IMG/VR virus record: IMGVR_UViG_3300047189_000007
Location: 1 to 51,436 of that record
Length of the DNA stretch: 51,436 bases
From: a virus
Lineage: Duplodnaviria; Caudoviricetes
Strand: one strand, 5' to 3'
In this document: positions 8,326 through 16,803 of the stretch, piece after piece
How positions within the stretch are numbered: the first letter of the stretch is position 1
Layout: each line of letters begins with the position of its first letter
Made by a program: the position numbers and the translations under genes
Notes under the pieces: generated by a model
The model's input: the letters and a program-made list of their open reading frames with translations, nothing else
What the model was told of the DNA's origin: nothing
The model's database searches: none

Positions 8326-8541
8326 CTATACCTCCTTTCGTTGCTTAGCTCTACGTGCAATCTCTTTTGCACCTTGGTGCGGCTCGTACTTGCTGACATT
8401 AATCACAGGACTGGCAAACATACTCATACCAGTCCTTCGATACTTACGCTTCTTTACCTTTCTCTTTGCCACAGGTGCAGTTTTCAATGGAGGAAGCCCA
8501 AACTTTGCTCGCATTGCATTGATGGTGTCAAGTGTCAGCAT
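8326..8541 (-). CDS. Small basic hypothetical protein
   Basis: Lys/Arg-rich ORF tightly packed in the operon. Confidence 0.65.
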   Translation of the reverse strand: MLTLDTINAMRAKFGLPPLKTAPVAKRKVKKRKYRRTGMSMFASPVINVSKYEPHQGAKEIARRAKQRKEV

Positions 8542-9264
8542 TTATTCTTCCTCCATGAGATCTACTTTATCAATGACAGTTAAAGGGTCAACTTGTCTGA
8601 GAAGTCCTGTTATAACCATAGCTACAACACGCTCCTCTGTCTGTTTCAGTGTCTCATGCACATTGGCTTCATGCTTTACAGCTGCATCAATAGCCCTTTG
8701 ATCAACAGCCTGCAGCAAGCGAGCACAGACACCAGCCACTGATGTAGCTTGGATATTCCATCCTTGCCTGATAAACTTGAACACCCTCATCATAGATCCA
8801 CCGACTTCTTCATCACGCTTAGGAAATGTATACACTAAGCGTCTGGCAGCTAGATCAGGATAGAAGGCATCGGAGCACTCAGAGTCATACACTCCACGCA
8901 TTCTATCATACCATACTACAGCCTGACAAGCGGTAAAGTCGAATGAGTTAATCAAGGCTATAGGATCTGTGAACAACCACCTTGTTATAAACTGTACTGG
9001 CATACGCGGAGGAGCTAGTATAGTGATGGCATTGTGACTGTTATGCCGGATGCCTGCACGTGACTGCGCCAAGCCATCCGCAATAAAGCCAAGCTGCTCT
9101 ATCGACGAGCCGAATAGATCAATATCACTGACCTTTGTTCCAGCGATTGTTGATCTGATAAACCCTCCTGCTAAGAACAAGTTTTCGTTTGCTCTAAGCA
9201 ATGCGAGAATGTCCTTGGGTAGTTTATAGGTGATAAATGTTAAGTCTGTCTTTGTGAACTTCAT
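8542..9264 (-). CDS. Pol-beta superfamily nucleotidyltransferase (poly(A) polymerase/CCA head-like)
   Basis: LAGGFIR...SDIDLF signature and FDFT motif. Confidence 0.75.
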   Translation of the reverse strand: MKFTKTDLTFITYKLPKDILALLRANENLFLAGGFIRSTIAGTKVSDIDLFGSSIEQLGFIADGLAQSRAGIRHNSHNAITILAPPRMPVQFITRWLFTDPIALINSFDFTACQAVVWYDRMRGVYDSECSDAFYPDLAARRLVYTFPKRDEEVGGSMMRVFKFIRQGWNIQATSVAGVCARLLQAVDQRAIDAAVKHEANVHETLKQTEERVVAMVITGLLRQVDPLTVIDKVDLMEEE

Positions 9265-9275
9265 TTTGATCCTCC

Positions 9276-9584
9276 TTAAAAAGGTACTAAGTCACATCTA
9301 ATAGCCACTCTCTTAATGTAAGCAAGGGCTACACCTGGAGAATGAGTCATCTTCTCAAGAAATACCTCGAACTCATGCTCACTCCCCAGAGCGTAGATGT
9401 ACTCCTTCCGACTGTTAATTCGTACTGCTACATCAAGCACCCCGAAGTGGTCCTTCACCATCCCCAGGTATTCCAACTTCAGTCTGTAATCCACCAGGTT
9501 CCTCCTTAGTGTCAATGATGATAGGATCTCCGGTTTTCTCATCGACGTCAATTTTTGACATTGCTTCCGGCATTGGAGCATCAT
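9276..9584 (-). CDS. Hypothetical protein (true start probably near 9461)
   Basis: 3' part fills the gap between neighbouring genes. Confidence 0.5.
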   Translation of the reverse strand: MMLQCRKQCQKLTSMRKPEILSSLTLRRNLVDYRLKLEYLGMVKDHFGVLDVAVRINSRKEYIYALGSEHEFEVFLEKMTHSPGVALAYIKRVAIRCDLVPF

Positions 9585-9861
9585 CTCTGATTACCTTCAT
9601 TAAGTTCCCGGCATCATCAAGCTGATACATCTTGTATCTGTCAGCCTCTATCTTCCTGACAACGCAGAACTTCCCTTGCTTCTCAATACCAAACTGCCGC
9701 GCCTGGAGCCAGAGCTTCCTGTTCCTTTTCTCCATGTCTTTAAGTGTCCGTCCTATCAACACTCTGAACACAGCGATCTCTGGATCAGTCAGCTCCACCA
9801 GTGTGGTCTTACCACTCAGTACCACACTTATAAATATTTCTTCCGCTTCAATCTTTGTCAT
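9433..9861 (-). CDS. Hypothetical protein
   Basis: GGAGG RBS; contains a palindrome copy. Confidence 0.7.
   Translation of the reverse strand: MTKIEAEEIFISVVLSGKTTLVELTDPEIAVFRVLIGRTLKDMEKRNRKLWLQARQFGIEKQGKFCVVRKIEADRYKMYQLDDAGNLMKVIRDDAPMPEAMSKIDVDEKTGDPIIIDTKEEPGGLQTEVGIPGDGEGPLRGA
9540..9564. repeat. Dispersed palindrome, copy 2 (intragenic)
   Basis: CATCGACGTCA ATTTT TGACATTGC. Confidence 0.9.
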
Positions 9862-9862
9862 G

Positions 9863-10048
9863 TTACCTCCGCGCTACAATCTTGTTGTAGAATGCTATAA
9901 GTTTCTCCATCACGGCATCTTCGAGATAGATAATGTTAGATGCTCCCATTGGATGGCCATTCTCAGTTGTTATAATGACTGTGCCATCCCCATCTTCAGA
10001 TGCATACACACTATCTCCTAGGTACTCCTTTGAGAGTTCCTCTGGCAT
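9863..10048 (-). CDS. Hypothetical protein
   Basis: YLGDSVYA..DG motif; GGAGG RBS. Confidence 0.65.
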   Translation of the reverse strand: MPEELSKEYLGDSVYASEDGDGTVIITTENGHPMGASNIIYLEDAVMEKLIAFYNKIVARR

Positions 10049-10546
10049 GCTCAGCCTCCAGTCTTCGCTTTTCCATGCGAGCTTCGTATAGCTGCTTGTT
10101 TAACATCTTTACTGTTGCATCATGACCATATCTGCAAAGCAGGTAGATGATCTTGAAGAATGCTCCGATATGCATCAGTATATTAATCATACTCCCTCCC
10201 TAGTAGTAGTAGAGATATAGCATAGCGCATATCAGTATCGCTATTATCGCTAGATTCTCCAAGAGGGCCTTTCTCCTGAAGTATTTTGGCCAGTTCTTAT
10301 TCACTCCTCCACCTCCTCGATGGTAATCTTAAGCTTCTTAGGCGCCTTCGTACCAAGGTACTCCCTACGCACGTAGATGGTTCCGATAGCTGGATTGTCT
10401 TCGGTAGTATCGTACCTTACAGAATGCTTTTTGCCTTCTGGCTTGTCGAAGATAATTATTTGAGTGTTCATGGTTTTTCCTCCTGTTATTGTATTTAAGA
10501 TAATCCCTAAGTGCCTTCAGAAAGCTATAGTAATACATAGATGACG

Positions 10547-10828
10547 CTATGCCTCCTTTGCCTTTTTGATGAGCTCTTCCAGCATCTGCTCACACATCTC
10601 CATATCAGCCGCATCTACACCAAACCGAGGCTCGTGTATACAAGGTCTAGAGGTAGTCAGTATCTCTCCACTCTTGGTAACAGCGATAGCTACCCATACT
10701 GGAGACATTAAAGTTACCTTGTATGCAATACCATCCTCTATACCGTTAGCTAGATCATAACTCTTTCTTTCTCGTTTCCTGTCCTCAATTAGCCTCAGGG
10801 CTATCTGTGTTGCTGTTGTCAGTGGCAT
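10547..10828 (-). CDS. Hypothetical protein
   Basis: TAATG coupling with the upstream gene. Confidence 0.65.
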   Translation of the reverse strand: MPLTTATQIALRLIEDRKRERKSYDLANGIEDGIAYKVTLMSPVWVAIAVTKSGEILTTSRPCIHEPRFGVDAADMEMCEQMLEELIKKAKEA

Positions 10829-11169
10829 TACTCAGCACTCCCGTCTACAGCATCTCCCTTTAGCTGCTCTACTGGAGCCTTCCATGTCCGCTCTCTCCAT
10901 AGGATGAACACAAGGCAGCAAATAGCATGTGCTATATGTGGAAGCTTGCTTCCTGGATCAAGAATCTCTCCAGCTCTCCATGCCTCAATATGCCGCTGAG
11001 CAGCATTGTAATACCGCACTCGATACGGCTCCACCCTCTGCCAGTTAAAAGGTTTATACTTCTGAGCTCCATGCATAAGCACCTTAACTACCTCAATAAC
11101 TGGCTCTGGAGGCAGCAGGTCATAAGCGAGCTTACCATCATCATACTTTATTCCCTTGGCTTTGGTCAT
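10828..11169 (-). CDS. dATP/dGTP diphosphohydrolase-domain protein (DUF5664-like)
   Basis: GIKYDDGK..YDLLP, HGAQKY..NW, AAQRH..AW..GE..DPGS.LPHIAHAIC family pattern. Confidence 0.8.
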   Translation of the reverse strand: MTKAKGIKYDDGKLAYDLLPPEPVIEVVKVLMHGAQKYKPFNWQRVEPYRVRYYNAAQRHIEAWRAGEILDPGSKLPHIAHAICCLVFILWRERTWKAPVEQLKGDAVDGSAE

Positions 11170-11634
11170 TTGAATCTCCTTATTCTAATGGACTTGGTAA
11201 TCGACAGATTTCCTTGAGAAATCTCCTTGTCTCACCAGTATTCTGCTTCATCGAAACCTTCTGCTTCAACGGATGAATCTTCTTTGGTTTCGCAGGCTTT
11301 GTCATTTGCTTCTTGATCCATTCCTTCCACCATTTCAGTATATCCACTTCCATCGTGTTGTTCCTCCTATAGAAAATAGATTAAACATCCTAGCAGCATC
11401 AACCCGGCAATTACTATTGCCACAGCTGAATATACTATAGTCACCTTACTCACCTCCCTTCATATTAAGTTATCAATCGCATACAGCACTATGCATTTGT
11501 GCTGTATGCTATGGTCACTCAATACGCATCCAGACATATCTTAGCAACTTGCACCATCAGTTGCCTGAATGTGATAGTCGCTGCTTTATATGATGTTATC
11601 AAAGCAGTAATCTCCGCGATAATCATTTCTTCCT

Positions 11635-12027
11635 TCATCTCTGGATTCCCTTTCTGAGCTCAGCCCTTAAGTTCTTGATCATCTCAGCCAGATTCACCGG
11701 GCCATAGTTGTCAAGTATATCATCTTCACATTCCGGGCAGTCATACACATCATATCTTTGTGTCATTGTAACTGGGAATGACGGAACGTCTACTGATCTC
11801 AAGCAATAGCCGTCACAGTCAGCTCTCGCAATCAGATCCTTGTACGATGTGGTAGTACGGGTGCAGCATATGCAGTGATATATCACCATGATGCTCTCGT
11901 GGTCTCTGACCACATTTACTGGCTTGGGCTTATCATTAACCCGTCGCTCTCGTTTCGCCTGTTTTAGCAGCTTATCTACATCCAGGCCCATCCGCTTTAG
12001 TAAGTCCCTATCAGATTCACTTAACAT
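11635..12027 (-). CDS. Putative Zn-ribbon protein
   Basis: CICC and CPEC pairs; AAGGAG RBS. Confidence 0.7.
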   Translation of the reverse strand: MLSESDRDLLKRMGLDVDKLLKQAKRERRVNDKPKPVNVVRDHESIMVIYHCICCTRTTTSYKDLIARADCDGYCLRSVDVPSFPVTMTQRYDVYDCPECEDDILDNYGPVNLAEMIKNLRAELRKGIQR

Positions 12028-12223
12028 TTCCCTGCTCCTTATTCAATGATTTGATGGCCTTATCTCTCATACCATCCAGGTTACAAACATACTGAAATCC
12101 ACCAAATGCCATTGCATCAACTGCACCCTTTGTAGTCCTTGGATTTACCTTCCCATGTTTACATCGTTTCAATGAGAAGCTATATCCATCACATACTCTA
12201 CATCCAAATCACTTTGTTCCCAT
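12017..12223 (-). pseudogene. Cys-containing 68-codon ORF with in-frame TGA at codon 5 (nonsense allele or recoded)
   Basis: AGGAGG RBS, MGTK*FGCRVCDGYSFSLKRCKHG...; fills the gap and overlaps the next gene start. Confidence 0.5.
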
Positions 12224-12240
12224 CTTCTTGCTCCTCCTAA

Positions 12241-12265
12241 GCAATGTCAAAAATTGTCATTGATG
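12241..12265. repeat. Dispersed palindrome, copy 3 (overlaps a stop codon)
   Basis: Reverse complement CATCAATGACA ATTTT TGACATTGC, identical to copy 10. Confidence 0.9.
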
Positions 12266-12420
12266 CGTCTTGGACGCCTGTACTCAGCCTCAGCCCTATC
12301 TTTATCAGCCCTATCCTGATTAGCTGCTATCACAGCATCCTCATGGCTAAGCCCAAATTCGCGTTTATACATCTTAATCACCTTAGTCACATTCTTTGAG
12401 TCCTTATATTCCCGCTTCAT
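12247..12420 (-). CDS. Hypothetical protein
   Basis: MKREYKDS start in ATGA overlap, GGAGG RBS. Confidence 0.6.
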   Translation of the reverse strand: MKREYKDSKNVTKVIKMYKREFGLSHEDAVIAANQDRADKDRAEAEYRRPRRINDNF

Positions 12421-12593
12421 ACCAAATGCCTCCATAATGGATAAGTTAAACTAACCAGTGATAGCAGCACTGATGCTATTGCCGCAGCCATTGCCCATTT
12501 AGATGCCCTTCTTGACTTCCTTAACAAGTAAGTAATCTGTTCATTCTCATTCAGTAGCTTATTCATAGAACCTCCTTTCTGTCCACTCGTGAA

Positions 12594-12923
12594 CTATTGA
12601 TGCCATCTATCGCATCCCTGTGTTTTAATCACATTCAATCCTAGTTTATTAAATCTCAGTGTCATGCACTCAAACTCTGCACAAGTATAGCATACCTCTG
12701 TCAGTGTCTTTTGTTTAGCATATTCTATCGCAGCCTTAGCTTGTTTCTTAGTCTCTGCGTCCTTCCTACTGAATGCCCACTCATCACATACCACATTAAT
12801 CAGCTCATCAGGGCCGTACTTCCCATCTATATCACACTGAAGCAGTATAGCATGTCTTACCTGACATCCCTCATTAGCATGGCATGTTAAGCAGTTCTCA
12901 TTCTCTGTGTCTGATGTACGCAT
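12594..12923 (-). CDS. Cys-rich hypothetical protein
   Basis: Two CxxC-x4-C clusters; AAGGAGG RBS. Confidence 0.7.
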   Translation of the reverse strand: MRTSDTENENCLTCHANEGCQVRHAILLQCDIDGKYGPDELINVVCDEWAFSRKDAETKKQAKAAIEYAKQKTLTEVCYTCAEFECMTLRFNKLGLNVIKTQGCDRWHQ

Positions 12924-13166
12924 CGTATATCACACCTCCTTTATAACACAGTATGATCTAGCTTAACTCTCTTATGGTTATCTTATTCTTCTTCAGTGCA
13001 TCAGCTAGATCGATGATCATCCTGTACAGTTGTGCGGTCTCAGCAGGATGTGCCATAGTGATGGCCATAACAATCTCCAATACCGTTGCATCCTTTAGGT
13101 GCTGCTTTATTCTTAGCTTCTTCATGTCCGGTCCTCCATTTATTTCAAAGCTCCATTGTTACGTCC

Positions 13167-13195
13167 AGTATAACATACTATTTCAAAGCTGTCAA
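13167..13195 (-). promoter_or_regulatory. Strong sigma70-type early promoter
   Basis: TTGACA-17 bp-TATACT; 12-bp direct repeat TATTTCAAAGCT at 13141 and 13179. Confidence 0.85.
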
Positions 13196-13199
13196 GAAA

Positions 13200-13620
13200 T
13201 ATATGTTAGTTGTTATAAAAGGCATCATATGAAACTTATTAACATAATAACACCATCTAATACAATATATCACTGTTCATTGTTTATTGTTATCTCACTT
13301 CCTTTCCTCAGCCTTCTCTGTATGTTATTCATCTTTCTTTTTATTATATTTTTTTTTAAAGAAAAGGCGCAAACAGCCAAAAATTACAGCTGTGAAACAA
13401 GACTGAAAACAATCAAGCACACAACAATGAAACAATAAACAGAGCCATATAGTATTAGAGCCTGTTATTTTGTTAATAAATTACATATGTTAATTGTTAT
13501 ATAACTGCTTGCATTCAGCATTATATTAATGGCTTGAATGTGATGAACGATGGGCTCTTTTTAAAGTTAGCTAACATGTGCACAGCTAATATAACAAGTA
13601 ACAACTAACAATCAACAATT
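13200..13620. other. AT-rich non-coding region, candidate replication origin
   Basis: T-rich left half and A-rich right half meeting near 13357; TGTT/AACA repeats, inverted and direct repeats. Confidence 0.5.
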
Positions 13621-13679
13621 AATGCTCTTAATCGTACTTAATCGTGAGACAGCAGAGCTGTGGGAGCTTTCATGTATGC

Positions 13680-13706
13680 CATCAATGACAATTTTTGACA
13701 TCGATG
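13680..13706. repeat. Dispersed palindrome, copy 4 (intergenic)
   Basis: CATCAATGACA ATTTT TGACATCGATG. Confidence 0.9.
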
Positions 13707-13736
13707 CCGGACCTGGCAGCTAGGTATAATGGCAAC

Positions 13737-13759
13737 AAAAAAGGCCACCAAAGTGGCCT
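13737..13759 (-). terminator. Intrinsic terminator
   Basis: AGGCCAC-N4-GTGGCCT hairpin plus T-run downstream of 13794-14198. Confidence 0.8.
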
Positions 13760-13793
13760 ATTCTGTGCCTTCCCTATCATGCCGGGTTTGTGA

Positions 13794-14198
13794 TTATTTC
13801 TTCTCTACTGCTGGAACGTTAACGGGTTCATATGCTCTATTGAAGGCCAGTTCTAATGCCTTGATGGCCGATAGTTTGTCGGCTTTTTTCGATGCGGATT
13901 TCATGATGGTATCACATGATACGACGAAGGCATCGATTTTGACGGCGTTTTTGCGCGTGATGGCTGGCATGTCGTCAACAAACCATTTAAAATCTTCGGC
14001 CAAAATTGCCGTCTTTTCTTCGATGGTGGACTTCTCCTCACCGGCAAGACATCTGGTCATGTGAACGAAAAGACCATAGTTTGCCAGGTAGGTCCGGGCA
14101 TCATCCGTGACGGCATCGATACCTTGTCCGTTGAATGTGACAACATCATCCTTTTTGACCAAACCTAACACTGAATAATCGAATCTAATCTTAGCCAT
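13794..14198 (-). CDS. First early gene, monocistronic hypothetical protein
   Basis: AAAAGGAG RBS, own promoter and terminator. Confidence 0.8.
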   Translation of the reverse strand: MAKIRFDYSVLGLVKKDDVVTFNGQGIDAVTDDARTYLANYGLFVHMTRCLAGEEKSTIEEKTAILAEDFKWFVDDMPAITRKNAVKIDAFVVSCDTIMKSASKKADKLSAIKALELAFNRAYEPVNVPAVEKK

Positions 14199-14288
14199 AA
14201 CAATCTCCTTTTCATGGTGATGGTTAAGGCATGATAGGAAAGGCGCGATATTCACTTGTCAAGGAGCGATATTCAATCTGTTGGCTAT

Positions 14289-14317
14289 ATAATAGCATGA
14301 ATCGATGGCAATGTCAA
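14289..14317 (-). promoter_or_regulatory. Sigma70-type leftward promoter
   Basis: TTGACA-17 bp-TATTAT with extended TG. Confidence 0.8.
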
Positions 14318-14583
14318 TCATTATTTGTTATTTTGTTTCAATAAATGATGAGAACCGAACCCACCCCGTCGAGCACCACTAGGTACTTAAGCAGCGAATA
14401 AAAGACCCACCACCTCGCACCACACATCACAAAATTCAGATCCTTCGGATCAGCATTTACTTTGCAGGTATAGAATTTGGCTTTCTGCTACGCAGCATTC
14501 GACTTATACTATTGGATTTTGGCTTAAGTACCTAGCCTTTTATATACAGATCCAAAATATATTTATCTCATCTGGATATATGA

Positions 14584-14612
14584 TTGACATGCTAGGAATA
14601 ATGTGATATGAT
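14584..14612 (+). promoter_or_regulatory. Sigma70-type rightward promoter for the packaging/structural arm
   Basis: TTGACA-17 bp-TATGAT. Confidence 0.75.
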
Positions 14613-14665
14613 GATGACAATGGTGGAGTACTGTATGTACTATCTAATAATGAAAGGAACTTATC

Positions 14666-14860
14666 ATGGAACTTACACAGGCACAGATTGATCGGAGGAA
14701 GGTGTTGCTTACGCAGCAAGAAGAAGGGCGGATCGCCCTGACAGCTGATGAGGCCAATGAACTGGAGCAGATCCAGATCTCAGAGGATAAGGTTCCAAGG
14801 GAGCCAGAGCCTCTGTCCACTGATGCAGAGGAGGCAAAGCCTCACAGGAGAAAGCGGTAA
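14666..14860 (+). CDS. Hypothetical protein
   Basis: AAAGGA RBS, first gene of the late arm. Confidence 0.7.
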   Translation: MELTQAQIDRRKVLLTQQEEGRIALTADEANELEQIQISEDKVPREPEPLSTDAEEAKPHRRKR

Positions 14861-14866
14861 GTATCT

Positions 14867-15322
14867 ATGGGAGCGCGCCGGAAAGAGATTGATGTGAATC
14901 TCATGCTTGATATGCTGTCGGAGGGGATCTCCAAGAAGGAGATTGGAGAGACACTGGGAGTCTCAGTTCCGACAATAGAGGCTAATATTGAGAGGTTGGG
15001 CAAGGAAGAGCAGAGCCTGATGGCTTACTCGAAGGTGCAGCATCTAGAGCTGATCGGCATACAGAGACGTATTGCCTGTGGTGTCACGGATACTAAGATT
15101 GATGCTGCAGATTTAGGTGAACTTGCATCAGCTTTTAAGATATTCAAGCAGGCGGAACAACTGGTGCAGGGTAAGCCCACTGAGATTCACGGCCTGATGG
15201 GCTTTCTCATGGCTTTGGAGAAGGAAGACATTGAGAAAGCCCAGGCGCCAGAGGCTGAGACGGTCGAGACGACAGTTGAGGATGTTACGAAAGAGATGAC
15301 AAATGCACTGCAGAAAGCTTAA
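14867..15322 (+). CDS. Putative terminase small subunit
   Basis: N-terminal HTH (SKKEIGETLGVSVPTI), helical body, directly upstream of the large subunit. Confidence 0.7.
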   Translation: MGARRKEIDVNLMLDMLSEGISKKEIGETLGVSVPTIEANIERLGKEEQSLMAYSKVQHLELIGIQRRIACGVTDTKIDAADLGELASAFKIFKQAEQLVQGKPTEIHGLMGFLMALEKEDIEKAQAPEAETVETTVEDVTKEMTNALQKA

Positions 15323-15324
15323 AT

Positions 15325-16803
15325 ATGGAGGTTAATAATTCAGTTGTACTGAAGAAACTCCGTCAATGGCGCGATGATGCAGTGCTCTTTGTGAATGAAG
15401 TCATCCTCATAAACAAGCCTCATATACACATCTCTTCGCAGCAACATCAGATGTTAGAGGCGTTGCCTAATGAGAAGAGGATTTCCATTCGCTCCGGACA
15501 TGGAACTGGTAAAGATGGTAGTGCCTCTTGGGCCATCTTATGGTTCATGTCCACTAGGATATTTGCTAAGGTGGTGTGTACCGCACCTACAGCACGGCAG
15601 TTGAATGATATCCTCTGGAGCGAGATTGCCAAGTGGCTGAGAGGCAGCGCCATTGAAGATGAATTCGTCATGCAGAATGACAAGATCTTCAAGAAGGAAG
15701 CACCGAAAGAATGGTGGGCAAGAGCGGTATCTCCTTCGGTGAGGGCAGATCCTTCGGATCAGGCAGAGACGCTGGCTGGATTCCATGGGGATCATCTTCT
15801 TATCGTCGTTGACGAAGCATCTGGGGTCGAGGACCCAGTATTTATTCCGATCGAAGGAGCTTTGACACAGGAAGATAACCGAGTCCTCCTGATCGGGAAC
15901 CCAACTAAGAATAAAGGGTACTTTCATGATACGCAGTTTCACTCGGAGATATCGAAGCAGTGGTTCAAGTTACATTGGGACTCTCGAGACTCTGAGATTG
16001 TTAAACCTGAGTATCCGACCTACATGGCTACGAAGTATGGAGTTGACTCCAATGTCTTTCGTATCAGAGTGGCAGGAGAGCCGCCCCTCGAGGATGCCAG
16101 AACTCTTATTCCTCTGTGGTGGGCAGAGCAGTGTATTGGGAAAGAGATTACAGTAGAGGATGAGGAGCCCATCTACCTGGGCGTAGATGTCGCCAGATTT
16201 GGTGAGGATAAGAGCATCATCCTCCCGAGACATGGACTCCGTGTCCTACCTTGGCTTGGCTTCCAGGGAATGAATACAATCACCTTAGGAGGTCACGTCC
16301 TCCAGACATACGAGGATGTTAATGCAGATGGATGTGCAATCGACGTTATTGGGATCGGAGCCGGTACAGCTGACTGGCTTCGTAAACAGCGAATGCCCGG
16401 CCTCTTCGACATCAACGTCAGCTGGGCGTCCAGTAACCCACTTAAATATGCACTGCTTAGGGATGAACTCTGGTGGCGGGTACGAGAGAAGTGCATGTAC
16501 GGGTACTACAGTTTCCCGATGGATAAACTTCCAGGGGAGACTCTCTCACTCGGGCAGGAACTAGCGAATGAGTTATCATCTCCATTCTATGAGTTTAACA
16601 GGAATGGTGCTGTGAAGGTGGAGGGCAAGAAGGAGATGAAGAAGAGGAGTGGTATGCTCTCACCTAACATTGCAGATGCGCTCTGTATCACGGAGTTCTT
16701 CTATAATGTAGCTTCAAAACTCTTCGTTAAGAAGAACAAGCCAAGGAAACCTCTCCCTGGATCTGCTACGGATCTAGGCGCTGATGCATGGCAGGTGATG
16801 TGA
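15325..16803 (+). CDS. terL: Terminase large subunit
   Basis: Walker A SGHGTGKD, Walker B IVVDEASG, LIGNP coupling motif, RNase H-like GVDVARFGED and SPNIADAL. Confidence 0.95.
   Translation: MEVNNSVVLKKLRQWRDDAVLFVNEVILINKPHIHISSQQHQMLEALPNEKRISIRSGHGTGKDGSASWAILWFMSTRIFAKVVCTAPTARQLNDILWSEIAKWLRGSAIEDEFVMQNDKIFKKEAPKEWWARAVSPSVRADPSDQAETLAGFHGDHLLIVVDEASGVEDPVFIPIEGALTQEDNRVLLIGNPTKNKGYFHDTQFHSEISKQWFKLHWDSRDSEIVKPEYPTYMATKYGVDSNVFRIRVAGEPPLEDARTLIPLWWAEQCIGKEITVEDEEPIYLGVDVARFGEDKSIILPRHGLRVLPWLGFQGMNTITLGGHVLQTYEDVNADGCAIDVIGIGAGTADWLRKQRMPGLFDINVSWASSNPLKYALLRDELWWRVREKCMYGYYSFPMDKLPGETLSLGQELANELSSPFYEFNRNGAVKVEGKKEMKKRSGMLSPNIADALCITEFFYNVASKLFVKKNKPRKPLPGSATDLGADAWQVM

Noticed and set aside
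10828-11169. Evidence for a 2-aminoadenine (Z) genome
   Set aside because: No PurZ recognised; this hydrolase domain is widespread in ordinary phages
12974-13438. 154-aa plus-strand ORF
   Set aside because: Antisense to an RBS-led early gene and promoter, and runs through low-complexity AT-rich DNA
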